From NCBI GenBank assembly GCA_900234795.1, contig LT962688.1, positions 930,001 through 962,000 on the forward strand: DNA of 32,000 bases. The letters run 5' to 3'. Positions within the stretch are counted from its first letter, which is position 1, and every line of letters begins with the position of its first letter. The position numbers and the translations under genes are program-made. Shown here piece after piece: positions 7,509-16,922 of this stretch. The DNA is from Methylorubrum extorquens. GTDB lineage: Bacteria; Pseudomonadota; Alphaproteobacteria; Rhizobiales; Beijerinckiaceae. Below the pieces are notes generated by a model, which was given only the letters and a program-made list of their open reading frames with translations, searched no databases and was not told the origin of the DNA.

Positions 7509-7976
7509 ATGTTTATCGATGAGTGCGATCTCTCGCCGCCTGACCGTGGCTGGAACTACGAACCTTCGCGTGCTGAGCTGCTCCAGAAGATATCCGCTCC
7601 TCTGTACACAACCGATGCCGAGGGTTGGCTGACGTACTACAACGATGCCGCCGCCGAGCTGTGGGGCCGTCACCCTGTCATCGGTGAGGAGCGCTGGTGC
7701 GGCTCTTGGCGCATCTACGATACTGACGGCAAGCTACTGGCGCGCGAGCAGTGGCCATTGGCAGTCGCCTTCCAACAGAGCCGTGCTGTGCACGGTCTGC
7801 AAGCTATTCTCGAACAACCTGATGGTACTCGCGTGCCAGTAATGCCGCATCCGACCCTGCTGCGCGACAAATCAGGGATTGTGGTCGCTGGCTCAAACAT
7901 CCTTCTGAAGATCGCGCAACCGTCAGCTCTGCACAGCCAATTCAGTGACCCATCAAACACGGAGCTATGGGTATAA
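7509..7976 (+). CDS. stand-alone PAS-domain protein
   Basis: Track ORF. APLYTTDAEGWLTYYNDAAAELWGRHPVIGEERWCGSWRIYDTDGKLL...PDGTRVPVMPHPTLLRDKSG matches the PAS type common at the N-terminus of alphaproteobacterial HWE kinases. Confidence 0.75.
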   Translation: MFIDECDLSPPDRGWNYEPSRAELLQKISAPLYTTDAEGWLTYYNDAAAELWGRHPVIGEERWCGSWRIYDTDGKLLAREQWPLAVAFQQSRAVHGLQAILEQPDGTRVPVMPHPTLLRDKSGIVVAGSNILLKIAQPSALHSQFSDPSNTELWV

Positions 7977-8056
7977 CCCGTGCTTAAGCGAGCACTCGCT
8001 CCAAGCTGAGATCAGGCCAATGTTAAGGGCGTTGTTTTAGGGGGACTGAGGTGCAG

Positions 8057-8296
8057 ATGTTGGACGTGACCCGGACAGCTGTGGCGCAGGAGTTCGTTGA
8101 GATCCTCATACGTCGCGCCCAGCGCAGCGGAGACTGCCCTGCACAGATGCTGCGCGAGCACGGCCGGCGTTTAGCCCTGCTGGTGAAGCTAGCGACAGAC
8201 ACGCAGTTCCAAGCAGTTCTTGCCGAGCTGGATCGCCAGGCAACGAGGCTGGAGCTGAGCGCGGGGATAGAGATACGAGAAACAGTCTGCGCGTGA
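8057..8296 (+). CDS. hypothetical helical protein (79 aa)
   Basis: ATG 8057 with GAGG 6 nt upstream. The overlapping minus-strand ORF 8023..8361 is Ser/Arg-rich and less plausible. Confidence 0.35.
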   Translation: MLDVTRTAVAQEFVEILIRRAQRSGDCPAQMLREHGRRLALLVKLATDTQFQAVLAELDRQATRLELSAGIEIRETVCA

Positions 8297-8591
8297 CCTT
8301 TTCCATTCGCAGATGCTGCGGGGCGGCATTGATTTCCTGATGAGCCTAGCAAACAGATCATCCTGCTACCCTGATAAAATCGCTAGCAGGCTTTGTAGGG
8401 ACAGCTGGAAAGCATAGGCGCGTTCGGTGCCTTGGTCTCATTCAGCTTCGGCACGACAACAATCTTTTCTTCAGCGAACCTGCTTCTTCACGGCTCTGGT
8501 TCTCTACACAATGTAGCGCACCGCTAAAAATCCGCACTTAAGCTAGATTAAAGCGTTGGGCAGGACGTCAATTTAGAACATCGGACGACAG

Positions 8592-8954
8592 TCAGACGAA
8601 CAGCGCTCGAGCAAGCTGGGATGGTTCAACCGGCTTTTCACAGTGTGGCACGTGTGCGTAGCGCTCTGGTAGCGCTGTCTTGTTGTAGCCGGTAGCGAAT
8701 ACGAACGGAACGCCGCGCGCCAGCAAGGCTTCGGCGACCGGGTAGCTCATCACCTCATGTAGATTGATGTCGAGCACCGCGGCATCGAGTTCATGGGCGG
8801 CAATCAGCTCCAGTGCCGTTTTAACGCTCGCGGCCGGACCAATCACCTCAGCCCCGAGCGCTTCGAACTCGGCATCCATCGCGTTTGCGATGAGGTAATC
8901 ATCCTCCACTAAAAGCACACGGCATCCCACCCAATGGTTCGCTGCAGAGGTCAT
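8592..8954 (-). CDS. single-domain response regulator (receiver)
   Basis: RVLLVEDDYLIA...AAVLDINL...FATGY...CEKPV carries all canonical receiver residues. Its ATG overlaps the kinase stop as ATGA (8951-8954). Confidence 0.9.
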   Translation of the reverse strand: MTSAANHWVGCRVLLVEDDYLIANAMDAEFEALGAEVIGPAASVKTALELIAAHELDAAVLDINLHEVMSYPVAEALLARGVPFVFATGYNKTALPERYAHVPHCEKPVEPSQLARALFV

Positions 8955-10813
8955 TGGGCCCTTGTCCCTGCAAGCTCAGTGAGTGGCAGGTCAATGGAGC
9001 AACGCAGCTCATTCTCGCCAAGTTCATAGTCTGTGTGTGCCTTTAGCGTGTAGGGTAGCGCCTTCTCGATCAGCTCGCGCCCATAGCCCCGCCGGATCGG
9101 GTTGCTCTGTTGCGAACGGCAGATTCCCTCCTCCAGCCATGTCAGGGTGAGGCGCTGCTCTCCAGCTTCGGCGGTGTAGGTGTCCCAGCTGACCCAGAGT
9201 TCGGCCTGCTCACGGGACAGAGCACCGTACTTGCGCGCATTGGTGGCAAGTTCGTGCAGAGCCAGAGCCAACGTCTGCACACTGCCCTTTCGCAGCACCA
9301 CCCGAGGTCCCTCTACCGCGATGCGCTCGCGCATGTCTGTCGCTCCGAGCGCATCAAGCTCCATCTCGACAAGGGCCCGAATGGTAATTGGCTCCTGGTC
9401 AGAGCGGGAGAGTAGGCCCTGCACGCGAGAGAGTGCTGCGAGGCGGTCGTTGAAGTGCTCGCGGAACAACTCAGTCGGGCCGGTCTGAGCCATCGTTTGC
9501 TGCGCGATGGCGCGCACCACGGTGAGCAGGTTGCGGGTACGGTGCTGCAGTTCATCCACCATGACGGCTTGTCGCTGCTGCAGTTCGTGCAGCTCATGGA
9601 TGTCCATGGCCGCGCCGAACCACTCCGTTACCTGCCCCTCTCCGCCAAAGATTGGCACCTGCCGTGCGAGGAACCACCGGTATTGTCCATCGCGGCTACG
9701 CAGTCGAAACTGCGCGTCGATTGGCTGCTTGGTCTCGATTCCATGCACAAATGCCTCCTGCACGCCCCTACGGTCATGGGGATGCATTGGGGCGAGCCAG
9801 CCGAAGTCCTGCACTTCGTCTGCCGTTTGGCCGGTGTAATCGAGGAAGGATTGGTTCTCTGAGAAGGTGAGCCCGCTCGCGTCCGAGCGCCATAGAATGA
9901 CCGGCACAAGGTTCGCTAACGCCCGGAACCGCTCCTCGCTCTCGCGCAGGCGCTCCTCAGTGTGACGGCGCTCGCTCAAGTCAGCCGTGACAGCCAATAG
10001 CGTACTCGGCTCGCCCTCATGGTGCAGCGGTTGCACACGGCTGTTGGCCCACACGTGATTACCGTCAGGGCGCAGATAGCGTTTGTCCAGCGAGGCGGGC
10101 TGGTTTGTTCGAAGCGCCTCCGCGACAGCGATCAGGCTGGGGGGGACGTCGTCAGGATACGTCACGTCCATCACGGTGAGACGCAGCACCTCCTCACGGG
10201 TGCGCCCCAGGATACGGCAGAGCTCGTCGTTGGCACGTAGGAAGCGGCCATCCTGCGCAAGCTCGGACAGCCCGACTGCGGCGCTGCCGAAGATAGCGGC
10301 GAGTTGCTCGTCACTCTGACGTGCGATGGTTTCGGCTCGAGCCCGCCCGCCATTCTCAGTGCAGATCATATGGACGTAAGCGACTTGTCCGTCCTCGTCG
10401 CGCACAGGCATGAGGATGGCATCGGACACGTCTGCGTTCGCCTGACCCTCACAGCACATACTGAGTGCTTGGCCGTGGACCTGTATCACCTCACCTGCGA
10501 AGGCACGCTGGTAGAACGGCTCGGCCGCCGCCCAGCCAGCCGGGAAGGTATGAGGCAGTGTTTGGCCGAGAGCCGCGGGATGGTGCTCGCCTAGAAAGGT
10601 AGCAGCCGCATCGTTGTAGATCAGGAGGCGTTCTGGCCCGCATACGAGGCTGGTGGCAAGAGGGTTGGCCAGCGCCATCTCGACAGCAAGTTTCAGGCGT
10701 GGTGACCAGTGCTCGGCTGATCCGAGCGGCGATCCTGACCAGTCATGCGCGCGGATGCGCTCCACCATTTCACTACTGCCAGGCGGCCACTCGAGCGAGT
10801 TGCGACTGCCCAT
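8951..10813 (-). CDS. multi-PAS HWE-family sensor histidine kinase
   Basis: H-box ELQHRTRNLLTVVRAIAQQT, N-box HELATNARKYGAL, and C-terminal GYGRELIEKALPY. There are several PAS-like segments. GGAGAGG lies upstream of ATG 10813. Confidence 0.9.
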   Translation of the reverse strand: MGSRNSLEWPPGSSEMVERIRAHDWSGSPLGSAEHWSPRLKLAVEMALANPLATSLVCGPERLLIYNDAAATFLGEHHPAALGQTLPHTFPAGWAAAEPFYQRAFAGEVIQVHGQALSMCCEGQANADVSDAILMPVRDEDGQVAYVHMICTENGGRARAETIARQSDEQLAAIFGSAAVGLSELAQDGRFLRANDELCRILGRTREEVLRLTVMDVTYPDDVPPSLIAVAEALRTNQPASLDKRYLRPDGNHVWANSRVQPLHHEGEPSTLLAVTADLSERRHTEERLRESEERFRALANLVPVILWRSDASGLTFSENQSFLDYTGQTADEVQDFGWLAPMHPHDRRGVQEAFVHGIETKQPIDAQFRLRSRDGQYRWFLARQVPIFGGEGQVTEWFGAAMDIHELHELQQRQAVMVDELQHRTRNLLTVVRAIAQQTMAQTGPTELFREHFNDRLAALSRVQGLLSRSDQEPITIRALVEMELDALGATDMRERIAVEGPRVVLRKGSVQTLALALHELATNARKYGALSREQAELWVSWDTYTAEAGEQRLTLTWLEEGICRSQQSNPIRRGYGRELIEKALPYTLKAHTDYELGENELRCSIDLPLTELAGTRAQ

Positions 10814-11582
10814 GGGGCCTCTCCTACATGCCCTAACCCTAATCTTACCACGAATCGGAGCGAGTTGATCGGCCTCCAGTACGGCAATTTGCTCTTAATC
10901 CGGGTCGCTCAGAACGACGACCACGTTGGCAGACAGAGCCGCTGACAACAGACCGAGCCCAAGCATGGTATACTGCGACCTCGTAAGCTCCCTGAACCAG
11001 ATAGCAAGCAGAGGGGCAGGGACTAAAAGCCCGCTCTGGTAATCGGCTTCAAAGGCGGCGCTAAGAGGAAAGTCCTGTGCAGATGAGGCCGCGCGTCCGG
11101 CCTAACGTCCGATCTATGCCAGCGTCAGGAGGTTATGAGCGGTGAAGATCATCGCCTATTCGCTTCAGCCCTTGATCTGGCTTAAAACAGCCAGGCTCTG
11201 CAGGCGGAGCGGGATACCAATACCCTAGCCTTCAAGGGGCTTCAGCACGACAATATCGAGGTTCTAGCGTATCACCACTTCCGGCACTGCTATGCAGATC
11301 GGCCGCAGGCAATAGGCGTCGCCGTCGAAGGTGTCCTATGCGGGGTGAGCTCGGAGGGTTGGCAAATCGACTGTGGGTTGAGTCTCAGCCAACCTCCAGG
11401 CTCATTTAGTGCGAGCGTCTTCGGCCGATGATACACGTCAGCCGGCCCTAACAGGTACTTACGCAACCGCAGGCGGGTCAATTTGGAAAAAATCGGTACA
11501 AAGATGCCCAAACCCTGCAATCATAGCCTTCCCATCTGATCACGCGTCTGTGATCTTACGTCTCGGCCTTGGGGAGGAACCT

Positions 11583-11780
11583 ATGACTTTGAGCGAGCGC
11601 CGCTTTCTACAAGCGATGTGCATGCGCCATGAGACTTGGATCAACCGGCGCGCTCCTCATGTGGCCGCCGTAATTCGCCGCGCCAAGCTTAAGAAGGCAT
11701 CTTGTGATAAGTCAAAGAGCAGGTCTTTGCCTCACAATGACAATGTGATTGATTTAGTATTGTCTGACAGAACGAGTTGA
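11583..11780 (+). CDS. small hypothetical protein (65 aa), paralog of 126..317
   Basis: ATG 11583 is preceded by GGGGAGGAA. The product is MTLSERRFLQAMCMRHETWINRR...HNDNVIDLVLSD. Confidence 0.5.
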   Translation: MTLSERRFLQAMCMRHETWINRRAPHVAAVIRRAKLKKASCDKSKSRSLPHNDNVIDLVLSDRTS

Positions 11781-12273
11781 TCGCTCTTCGGCAGCGGCGC
11801 CGCGCCTCAGTCCAAGGAACTTGGCGCCCATGTCACCATAGCAATTTCTCAAAAGTAATCTCTGACGCAGGGGCGATATGTATACAGACTCGCCTATCGG
11901 TCATCTCAGTATGGGGATGATAATGTCGACATGCGGTGAGTGATCTCAACCTAAGACGTGCCGCTGTCGTCCTACGTGTCTTGCTCAAAGCTATCAATCT
12001 GGCAGATGCTGCTCCCCTTGTTGCTGCCGATCGGGGTGCATTGCCGGACCGCGCATATGAAGCCCGCAGCATAAGCGTTTTGGTCCCAATCTTACGCCAA
12101 GCGGATGTGCGCGGACATGAGCGCGGCCAGCATGCCAAGGCCGCCACAAGCCTCGCGGCTGCGACTGCCTGAGCACCATGTTGAGCCGGTCACCGGGCGG
12201 ACGACCCGGCACGATACTGGGCGGCCCGCTCATCAGCACCTGAAGAGGCATCGACCTGCCGGCGAGCGAACAC

Positions 12274-12323
12274 CTGCCCCCAAGCGGACTTCGAGCGTGT
12301 GTCAGCCGAAGTTCTGCATAGGG
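12274..12323. repeat. 50-nt repeat, copy B (overlaps the left end of the IS)
   Basis: 48/50 identical to 6465..6514. Confidence 0.8.
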
Positions 12324-14082
12324 TCCAGGCTGTGTGAAAACGAGCTGGTCTGGTAGAGTGAAGCCCGATCTGGGAGGTCGGGATGAAGCGCTTCATCGCA
12401 GGCGAGGATCGTCAGCAGATCACGCTCCTTCCCGACTGTCTGGACGACTTCATCACCGCCGACAACCCGGTTCGCCTCGTCGAAGTGTTCGTCGATGAGC
12501 TTGATCTGGGCGCGCTCGGCTTCGCGGGCGCGGTGCCGGAGGCAACGGGTCGTCCCGCCTACCATCCGGCAACCCTGCTCAAAATCTACCTCTACGGCTA
12601 CCTCAACCGCGTCCCGTCGAGCCGTCGCCTCGAACGCGAGAGCCAGCGTAACATCGAGTTGATCTGGCTCACCGGTCGGCTGATGCCCGACTTCAAGACG
12701 CTGGCCGACTTCCGCAAAGACAACGGCCCGGCCATCCGGGCCGCCTGCGCGCAGTTCGTGGTGTTGTGCCGTCGACTGAACCTGTTCAGCAAGGCCGTCG
12801 TCGCGATCGACGGCAGCAAGTTCAAAGCGGTCAACAACCGCGACAAGAACTTCACCGCCGCCAAGGTCGAAGCCCGGTTGGCGCAGGTCGAGGCGAGCAT
12901 CGGCCGCTACCTCGCGGCACTGGACCGGGCCGACCGCGAGCCGAGCGACATCGCCGAGGCGCGCACGACACGGCTCAACGACAAGATCGCGGGCCTGCGC
13001 GAGCAGATGCAGGCTCTCCAGGCGATGGGCCGGCAGGTCGAGGCCGCCCCCGACGGCCAGGTCTCCCTAACCGACCCCGACGCGCGCTCCATGGCGACCA
13101 GCGGCAAGGGCACCGGCATGGTCGGCTACAACGTCCAGGCCGCCGTCGATGCCGAGCATCACCTGATCGTGGCCCACGCGGTGACCAACGTCGGCAGCGA
13201 CCGGGCGCAGCTCGCGCCGATGGGGCTCCTGGCTCGGGAGGCGACGGGGTGTGCCACACTCACGGTGCTGGCCGACCGGGGCTACCTCAGCGGAGAGCAG
13301 GTGCTGGCCTGCGAGGGCACTGGCGTGCTGCCATGCGTGCCCAAGACCCTGACCTCGGGCCATGCCAAGCGCGGCCTCTTCACCGGCCAGGACTTCGTCT
13401 ACGATGCCGGACACGACCGCCACACCTGTCCCGCCGGCCAGCACCTGACCAAGGGGGCCGCCCGGTCCGATCGCCAGGCCGAGGGCGATGCGATGGATCA
13501 CTACCGCAACCTCACATCCTGCCTCGACTGCCCGCTCAAGCCTCGCTGCACGCCGACGGAGACGCGGCGGGTCAAGCGCTGGGTGCACGAGGGTGTGCTC
13601 GATGCGATGCAGGAGCGGCTCGATCGGATGCCGGACGCGATGAAGATCCGTCGCCAGACCGTGGAGCATCCGTTCGGCACGCTGAAGGCCTGGATGGGTG
13701 CAACCCACTTCCTGACCCGGACCTTGGCCAAGGTCAGAACCGAGATGAGCTTGCAGGTTCTGGCCTACAACATGAAGCGGATGATCCAGATCTTCGGGAT
13801 CCGCCCGCTGCTGGCGGCCATCCGGACCTGAGGCCAAGCAGCTCGATCTCCGGCGCCACTCGGTGCGCTCGCCCCGATCCCGAGGGATCTGCGTTTCCAC
13901 ACGGCCTCGGTCGAAAGCGGCGGTTCTGCGCCTGCCGGCTCAAGGTCGGCTCATGGCGCACAGCAGCGGTCAAGCCTCCGCCTGCTCAACTGCCGTTTCT
14001 CATCCCGAGCCGCCCTCTCGTTGCGCGATCAGACATGCGAGAAAAATGACCGTTTTTCAGCCGCTTAGATGTGTGCAGAAAC
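12311..14082 (+). mobile_element. IS1182-family insertion sequence (boundaries approximate)
   Basis: A single intact transposase ORF is flanked by imperfect inverted ends. Left end: TTCTGCA-N16-TGAAAACG (12312-12342). Right end reverse complement: TTCTGCA-N14-TGAAAAACG (ending about 14081). No target duplication was identified. Confidence 0.65.
12383..13831 (+). CDS. IS1182-family (IS5-like DDE) transposase, 482 aa, intact
   Basis: The N-terminus MKRFIAGEDRQQITLLPDCLDDFITADNPVRLVEVFVDELDL and ...TGRPAYHPATLLKIYLYGYLNRVPSSRRLERE are typical of IS1182-family transposases. GGGAGG lies upstream of the ATG. Confidence 0.9.
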   Translation: MKRFIAGEDRQQITLLPDCLDDFITADNPVRLVEVFVDELDLGALGFAGAVPEATGRPAYHPATLLKIYLYGYLNRVPSSRRLERESQRNIELIWLTGRLMPDFKTLADFRKDNGPAIRAACAQFVVLCRRLNLFSKAVVAIDGSKFKAVNNRDKNFTAAKVEARLAQVEASIGRYLAALDRADREPSDIAEARTTRLNDKIAGLREQMQALQAMGRQVEAAPDGQVSLTDPDARSMATSGKGTGMVGYNVQAAVDAEHHLIVAHAVTNVGSDRAQLAPMGLLAREATGCATLTVLADRGYLSGEQVLACEGTGVLPCVPKTLTSGHAKRGLFTGQDFVYDAGHDRHTCPAGQHLTKGAARSDRQAEGDAMDHYRNLTSCLDCPLKPRCTPTETRRVKRWVHEGVLDAMQERLDRMPDAMKIRRQTVEHPFGTLKAWMGATHFLTRTLAKVRTEMSLQVLAYNMKRMIQIFGIRPLLAAIRT

Positions 14083-14193
14083 CGAGTAGAAGAAATCAGA
14101 TTCCAAGGAGCGGGACCGTTAGGTGGTTATAAGGGATCTGCTGCGCGCCGGTCAGAGCTCGGGAGCGTCGTCTGCTGACCACGAGTCTTGGCC

Positions 14194-14499
14194 CTAGTGC
14201 GGGTAGCGGCGGGCCAGATCGGCGAGCTGCCGAACCTCTTCCAGCAACTGCTGCAGCACCGCCCCAACGTGTCGGCCCCGCCCACCGAGTTGCTCCAATG
14301 CCAACTGTAGGCCAGCAAGCTCGCGCTCCAAGTTGTCGTGCAAATCCAGAAGCGCGTCGCTGTTGGCTTGGATGTGCGGGACCCGTGAGCCGAGATCCAC
14401 CCCTGCCGCATGCGCCTCGGTCAGCTCGGTGACGATGCGGCTGACCTGCGGTGTCGCGAGACGCATGGTCGGCAGGACGTGGATCTCGGCGTCGCTCAT
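14194..14499 (-). CDS. hypothetical coiled-coil-like protein (101 aa) coupled to the chemoreceptor gene
   Basis: Track ORF. Its ATG (14497-14499) shares one base with the MCP stop TGA (14499-14501), giving TGATG. Confidence 0.5.
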   Translation of the reverse strand: MSDAEIHVLPTMRLATPQVSRIVTELTEAHAAGVDLGSRVPHIQANSDALLDLHDNLERELAGLQLALEQLGGRGRHVGAVLQQLLEEVRQLADLARRYPH

Positions 14500-16196
14500 C
14501 AGGCGGCCCGCACCGTGTTGAGGAAGCGCGCGACCTCTGCACCGAGATGCTCGGACTGGCGCGAAAGCTCGGAGGCCGCTGACAGCACCTGGCTGGCGGC
14601 GGCCCCTGTCTCCTCGGAGGCCTGTGCCACGCCTGCGATGTTGCTCGTCACCTCGCCCGTGCCGGTGGCGGCCTGCGAGACATTGCGCACGATCTCATGT
14701 GTGGCCGCACCCTGCTCCTCGACAGCGGCGGCAATCGTCGCCGTTACCGCGTTGATCTCGCGGATCCGGCTCGTGATCGTCCCGATCGCCGTCACAGCCT
14801 GACCCGTCGCACCCTGGATCTGCGCGATCTGCCCCGAGATCTCGTCGGTGGCCCGCGCGGTCTGGGCCGCGAGTTCCTTGACCTCGCTCGCCACCACCGC
14901 GAAGCCGCGACCGGCCTCACCGGCGCGTGCCGCCTCAATCGTGGCATTGAGCGCCAGCAGGTTCGTCTGTCCGGCGATGTTCGAGATCAGGCTCACGACA
15001 TCGCCGATCCGGGTCGCGGCTTGGCTCAGTTCGCCGACGAGATGGGCTGTCTGGTCCGCTTCGCCCGCGGCGGTCTGCGCGAGGTTGGCCGAACCGCTGA
15101 CCTGGCGTCCAATCTCCTGGACGGAGGCGCCGAGCTCCTCAGCGGCGGCGGCGACGGTGCTGACGTTGGAGGCGGCCTCTTCAGCAGCCGCCGCGACGGT
15201 GGTGGACTGGCTCGCGGTCTCGGTCGCGGTGGCGGTCATCGTGCTGGCCGTCGCCTGCAGCTCGGTGGCGGACGACGAGACCATGCCGACAATGCCGCCG
15301 ACAGCACGCTCGAAGCCATCAGCCAGCTCCAGCATCGTGCGCTTGCGCTCGACGGCAGCAGCCTCATCGGCGATGCGCCTGACCTCGGCCTGCTCGGCCG
15401 CCTTCTGCGCAACCATGGCCTTGATGCCTTCCACGGCCTTGCCGATGGCGCCTATCTCGTCGCCGCGGCGGGCCTCTGCGATCTCGGCATCGATGTCGCC
15501 CTTGGCCATGCGCTGGAGGACGTCGACGAGACGGCCCATCGGCCGGACGGCGCCCCACACAGCGATGGCGCCGAGCAGGCCGAACGCCGTCAGCAGGCCC
15601 GCCACGGCAAGGCTGGTGAGAGTGACGGAGGCCGCCCCGGCGATCTCCGCCGCCTGCGCCTTTGCTGCTTCAAGGTCGCGCAGATTGGCCTCGACGCGCT
15701 TCACAACGGACTCGACGACCTTCCGGCGCGCCGGACGAACCTCGGTGTTGGACACCTTGGAAGCCTCGGCGTTGTTGTTCTTGAGGCCGAGCGCGATCGA
15801 CCGCTCCGCGGCAGCAAAGAACGCGTCCAAGTCCTCCTTGATGCCGAGATTCGTCGTACGGCGAACGTCTGTGTCAGCGAGCGCGATGAGGCGATTGATG
15901 GCGGTGAGTGCCTGCTGCTTGGAGATCTTGTAGTTCTCGGCCTGAGCGGCCATGGCCGCATCTTCGGTCTCGATAATCGTGTTCTTCTCGCTGATGGACG
16001 CCTCGTCGAGGGCGACGTTCATCTGCAGGGACAGGACAGCACGTGCTGAATTGATGTCGACGATGCGCTGCGTGTTCTCGGACAGTATCGCCAGTTTGTC
16101 GCGAGCCAGCACGATGATGCCGGCGGAGACGATGAGCATCACCGCGGCTGGTATGGCCAGTTTGCCGAGCAGCCGGAGATTAGTGAGCCAGGACAT
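14499..16196 (-). CDS. methyl-accepting chemotaxis protein (TM-sensor-TM-HAMP-signalling domain)
   Basis: N-terminal TM helix, second TM ([27 protein letters not shown]), then a HAMP-like segment. It carries the highly conserved MCP hairpin ...[37 protein letters not shown]. Confidence 0.9.
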   Translation of the reverse strand: MSWLTNLRLLGKLAIPAAVMLIVSAGIIVLARDKLAILSENTQRIVDINSARAVLSLQMNVALDEASISEKNTIIETEDAAMAAQAENYKISKQQALTAINRLIALADTDVRRTTNLGIKEDLDAFFAAAERSIALGLKNNNAEASKVSNTEVRPARRKVVESVVKRVEANLRDLEAAKAQAAEIAGAASVTLTSLAVAGLLTAFGLLGAIAVWGAVRPMGRLVDVLQRMAKGDIDAEIAEARRGDEIGAIGKAVEGIKAMVAQKAAEQAEVRRIADEAAAVERKRTMLELADGFERAVGGIVGMVSSSATELQATASTMTATATETASQSTTVAAAAEEAASNVSTVAAAAEELGASVQEIGRQVSGSANLAQTAAGEADQTAHLVGELSQAATRIGDVVSLISNIAGQTNLLALNATIEAARAGEAGRGFAVVASEVKELAAQTARATDEISGQIAQIQGATGQAVTAIGTITSRIREINAVTATIAAAVEEQGAATHEIVRNVSQAATGTGEVTSNIAGVAQASEETGAAASQVLSAASELSRQSEHLGAEVARFLNTVRAA

Positions 16197-16340
16197 GGAC
16201 GACTTCTGAGGGGCAAAGGCGCTGCATCCGCGAGCTGCCCTTTTGCCTACGGATGAGGCAGCATCACATTTCGTTGGCTAACAACCTATTAACATCAAGA
16301 ATATTGGCTTGCTGCCATAACATAAGTAGAGCAATTTCGA

Positions 16341-16595
16341 TCATTGCGTGATATCCATCCATTTTAGGCGCTCAGGGTTGTGCGCTGGAATGAAGTTTTC
16401 GCAAATTGCAATTCTCACTCTGTTCCTCAACCTGATGTCACACTCAACGATAACATACAGCCGTTCTGGCCTGAGAGCCTGTTTGAGGTGTTCAATCCAG
16501 GCAGGATTGATGAGGGCGTCGGCGGCCATGAGACTGGCGATGCAGGCGAGCCTTCCGGTTGCGACGTCGCGGTGGAGGGTGCGCTCACGGTGCAA
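16341..16595 (-). CDS. doubtful ORF in an AT-rich patch upstream of the MCP gene
   Basis: Track ORF only. It has mixed third-position composition and several AGG/AGA codons, so it is either foreign or non-coding. Confidence 0.2.
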   Translation of the reverse strand: MHRERTLHRDVATGRLACIASLMAADALINPAWIEHLKQALRPERLYVIVECDIRLRNRVRIAICENFIPAHNPERLKWMDITQ

Positions 16596-16649
16596 GCCGC
16601 CTCAACGGCTGAGCGGGTATCAGTTTGGAGAAAGGAGTCTGGCGCGTAC

Positions 16650-16795
16650 TCACCGCTTCGCTATGCGCACGTCCAGCGACACGGCATCGAAATCATGTCC
16701 GGGATCATGACGTAAATCCCAGTCTGCGCACGGTCTTCATCAAGGGTCCAGACGGCGCCATCATCGAGCTGCTGCAGCGGTTGCCCCGTCCCTGA
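16650..16795 (+). pseudogene. C-terminal remnant of a VOC/glyoxalase-family gene
   Basis: I read ...VNPSLRTVFIKGPDGAIIELLQRLPRP-TGA (stop 16793-16795). The upstream piece ...HGIEIMSGIMT ends at TAA 16713-16715 in another frame. The F-x-x-D/G-P-D-G-x-x-I-E-L motif is typical of VOC C-termini. Confidence 0.3.
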
Positions 16796-16922
16796 GGCAG
16801 GCCGCAGCTATCCAATCCAGGACCGCTCGTCAGCGCAACTCGGAGTCGGACGGTTCAATCAGCCAGCACTGTACATCCCCGATTTGCACCGCACTTCCGG
16901 GGGTCTCGAAGCCTGCATCGGT

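Noticed and set aside
11133-11230. AGGAGG followed by a short ORF (MSGEDHRLFASALDLA, or GTG-initiated MKIIAYSLQPLIWLKTARLCRRSGIPIP).
   Set aside because: It is only 15-29 codons, and the ATG is only 2 nt from the SD. It is probably a relic or chance.
11353-11398. Imperfect hairpin GGAGGGTTGGC-N-GCCAACCTCC in the 770-nt gap upstream of 11583.
   Set aside because: The stem has a bulge and no T-run, and it has no obvious associated gene end. It is not distinguishable from background.
14697-16049. Long antisense ORFs (450 aa and 361 aa) opposite the chemoreceptor gene. Similar cases are 12766..14049 over the transposase, 21970..23820 and 20997..22217 over the ttu genes, and 5532..6311 over the LuxR-type regulator.
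   Set aside because: They are Arg/Ala/Gly/Pro-rich with low complexity and no motifs. They are the usual stop-free shadow frames of high-GC genes; the opposite-strand genes have clear family signatures.
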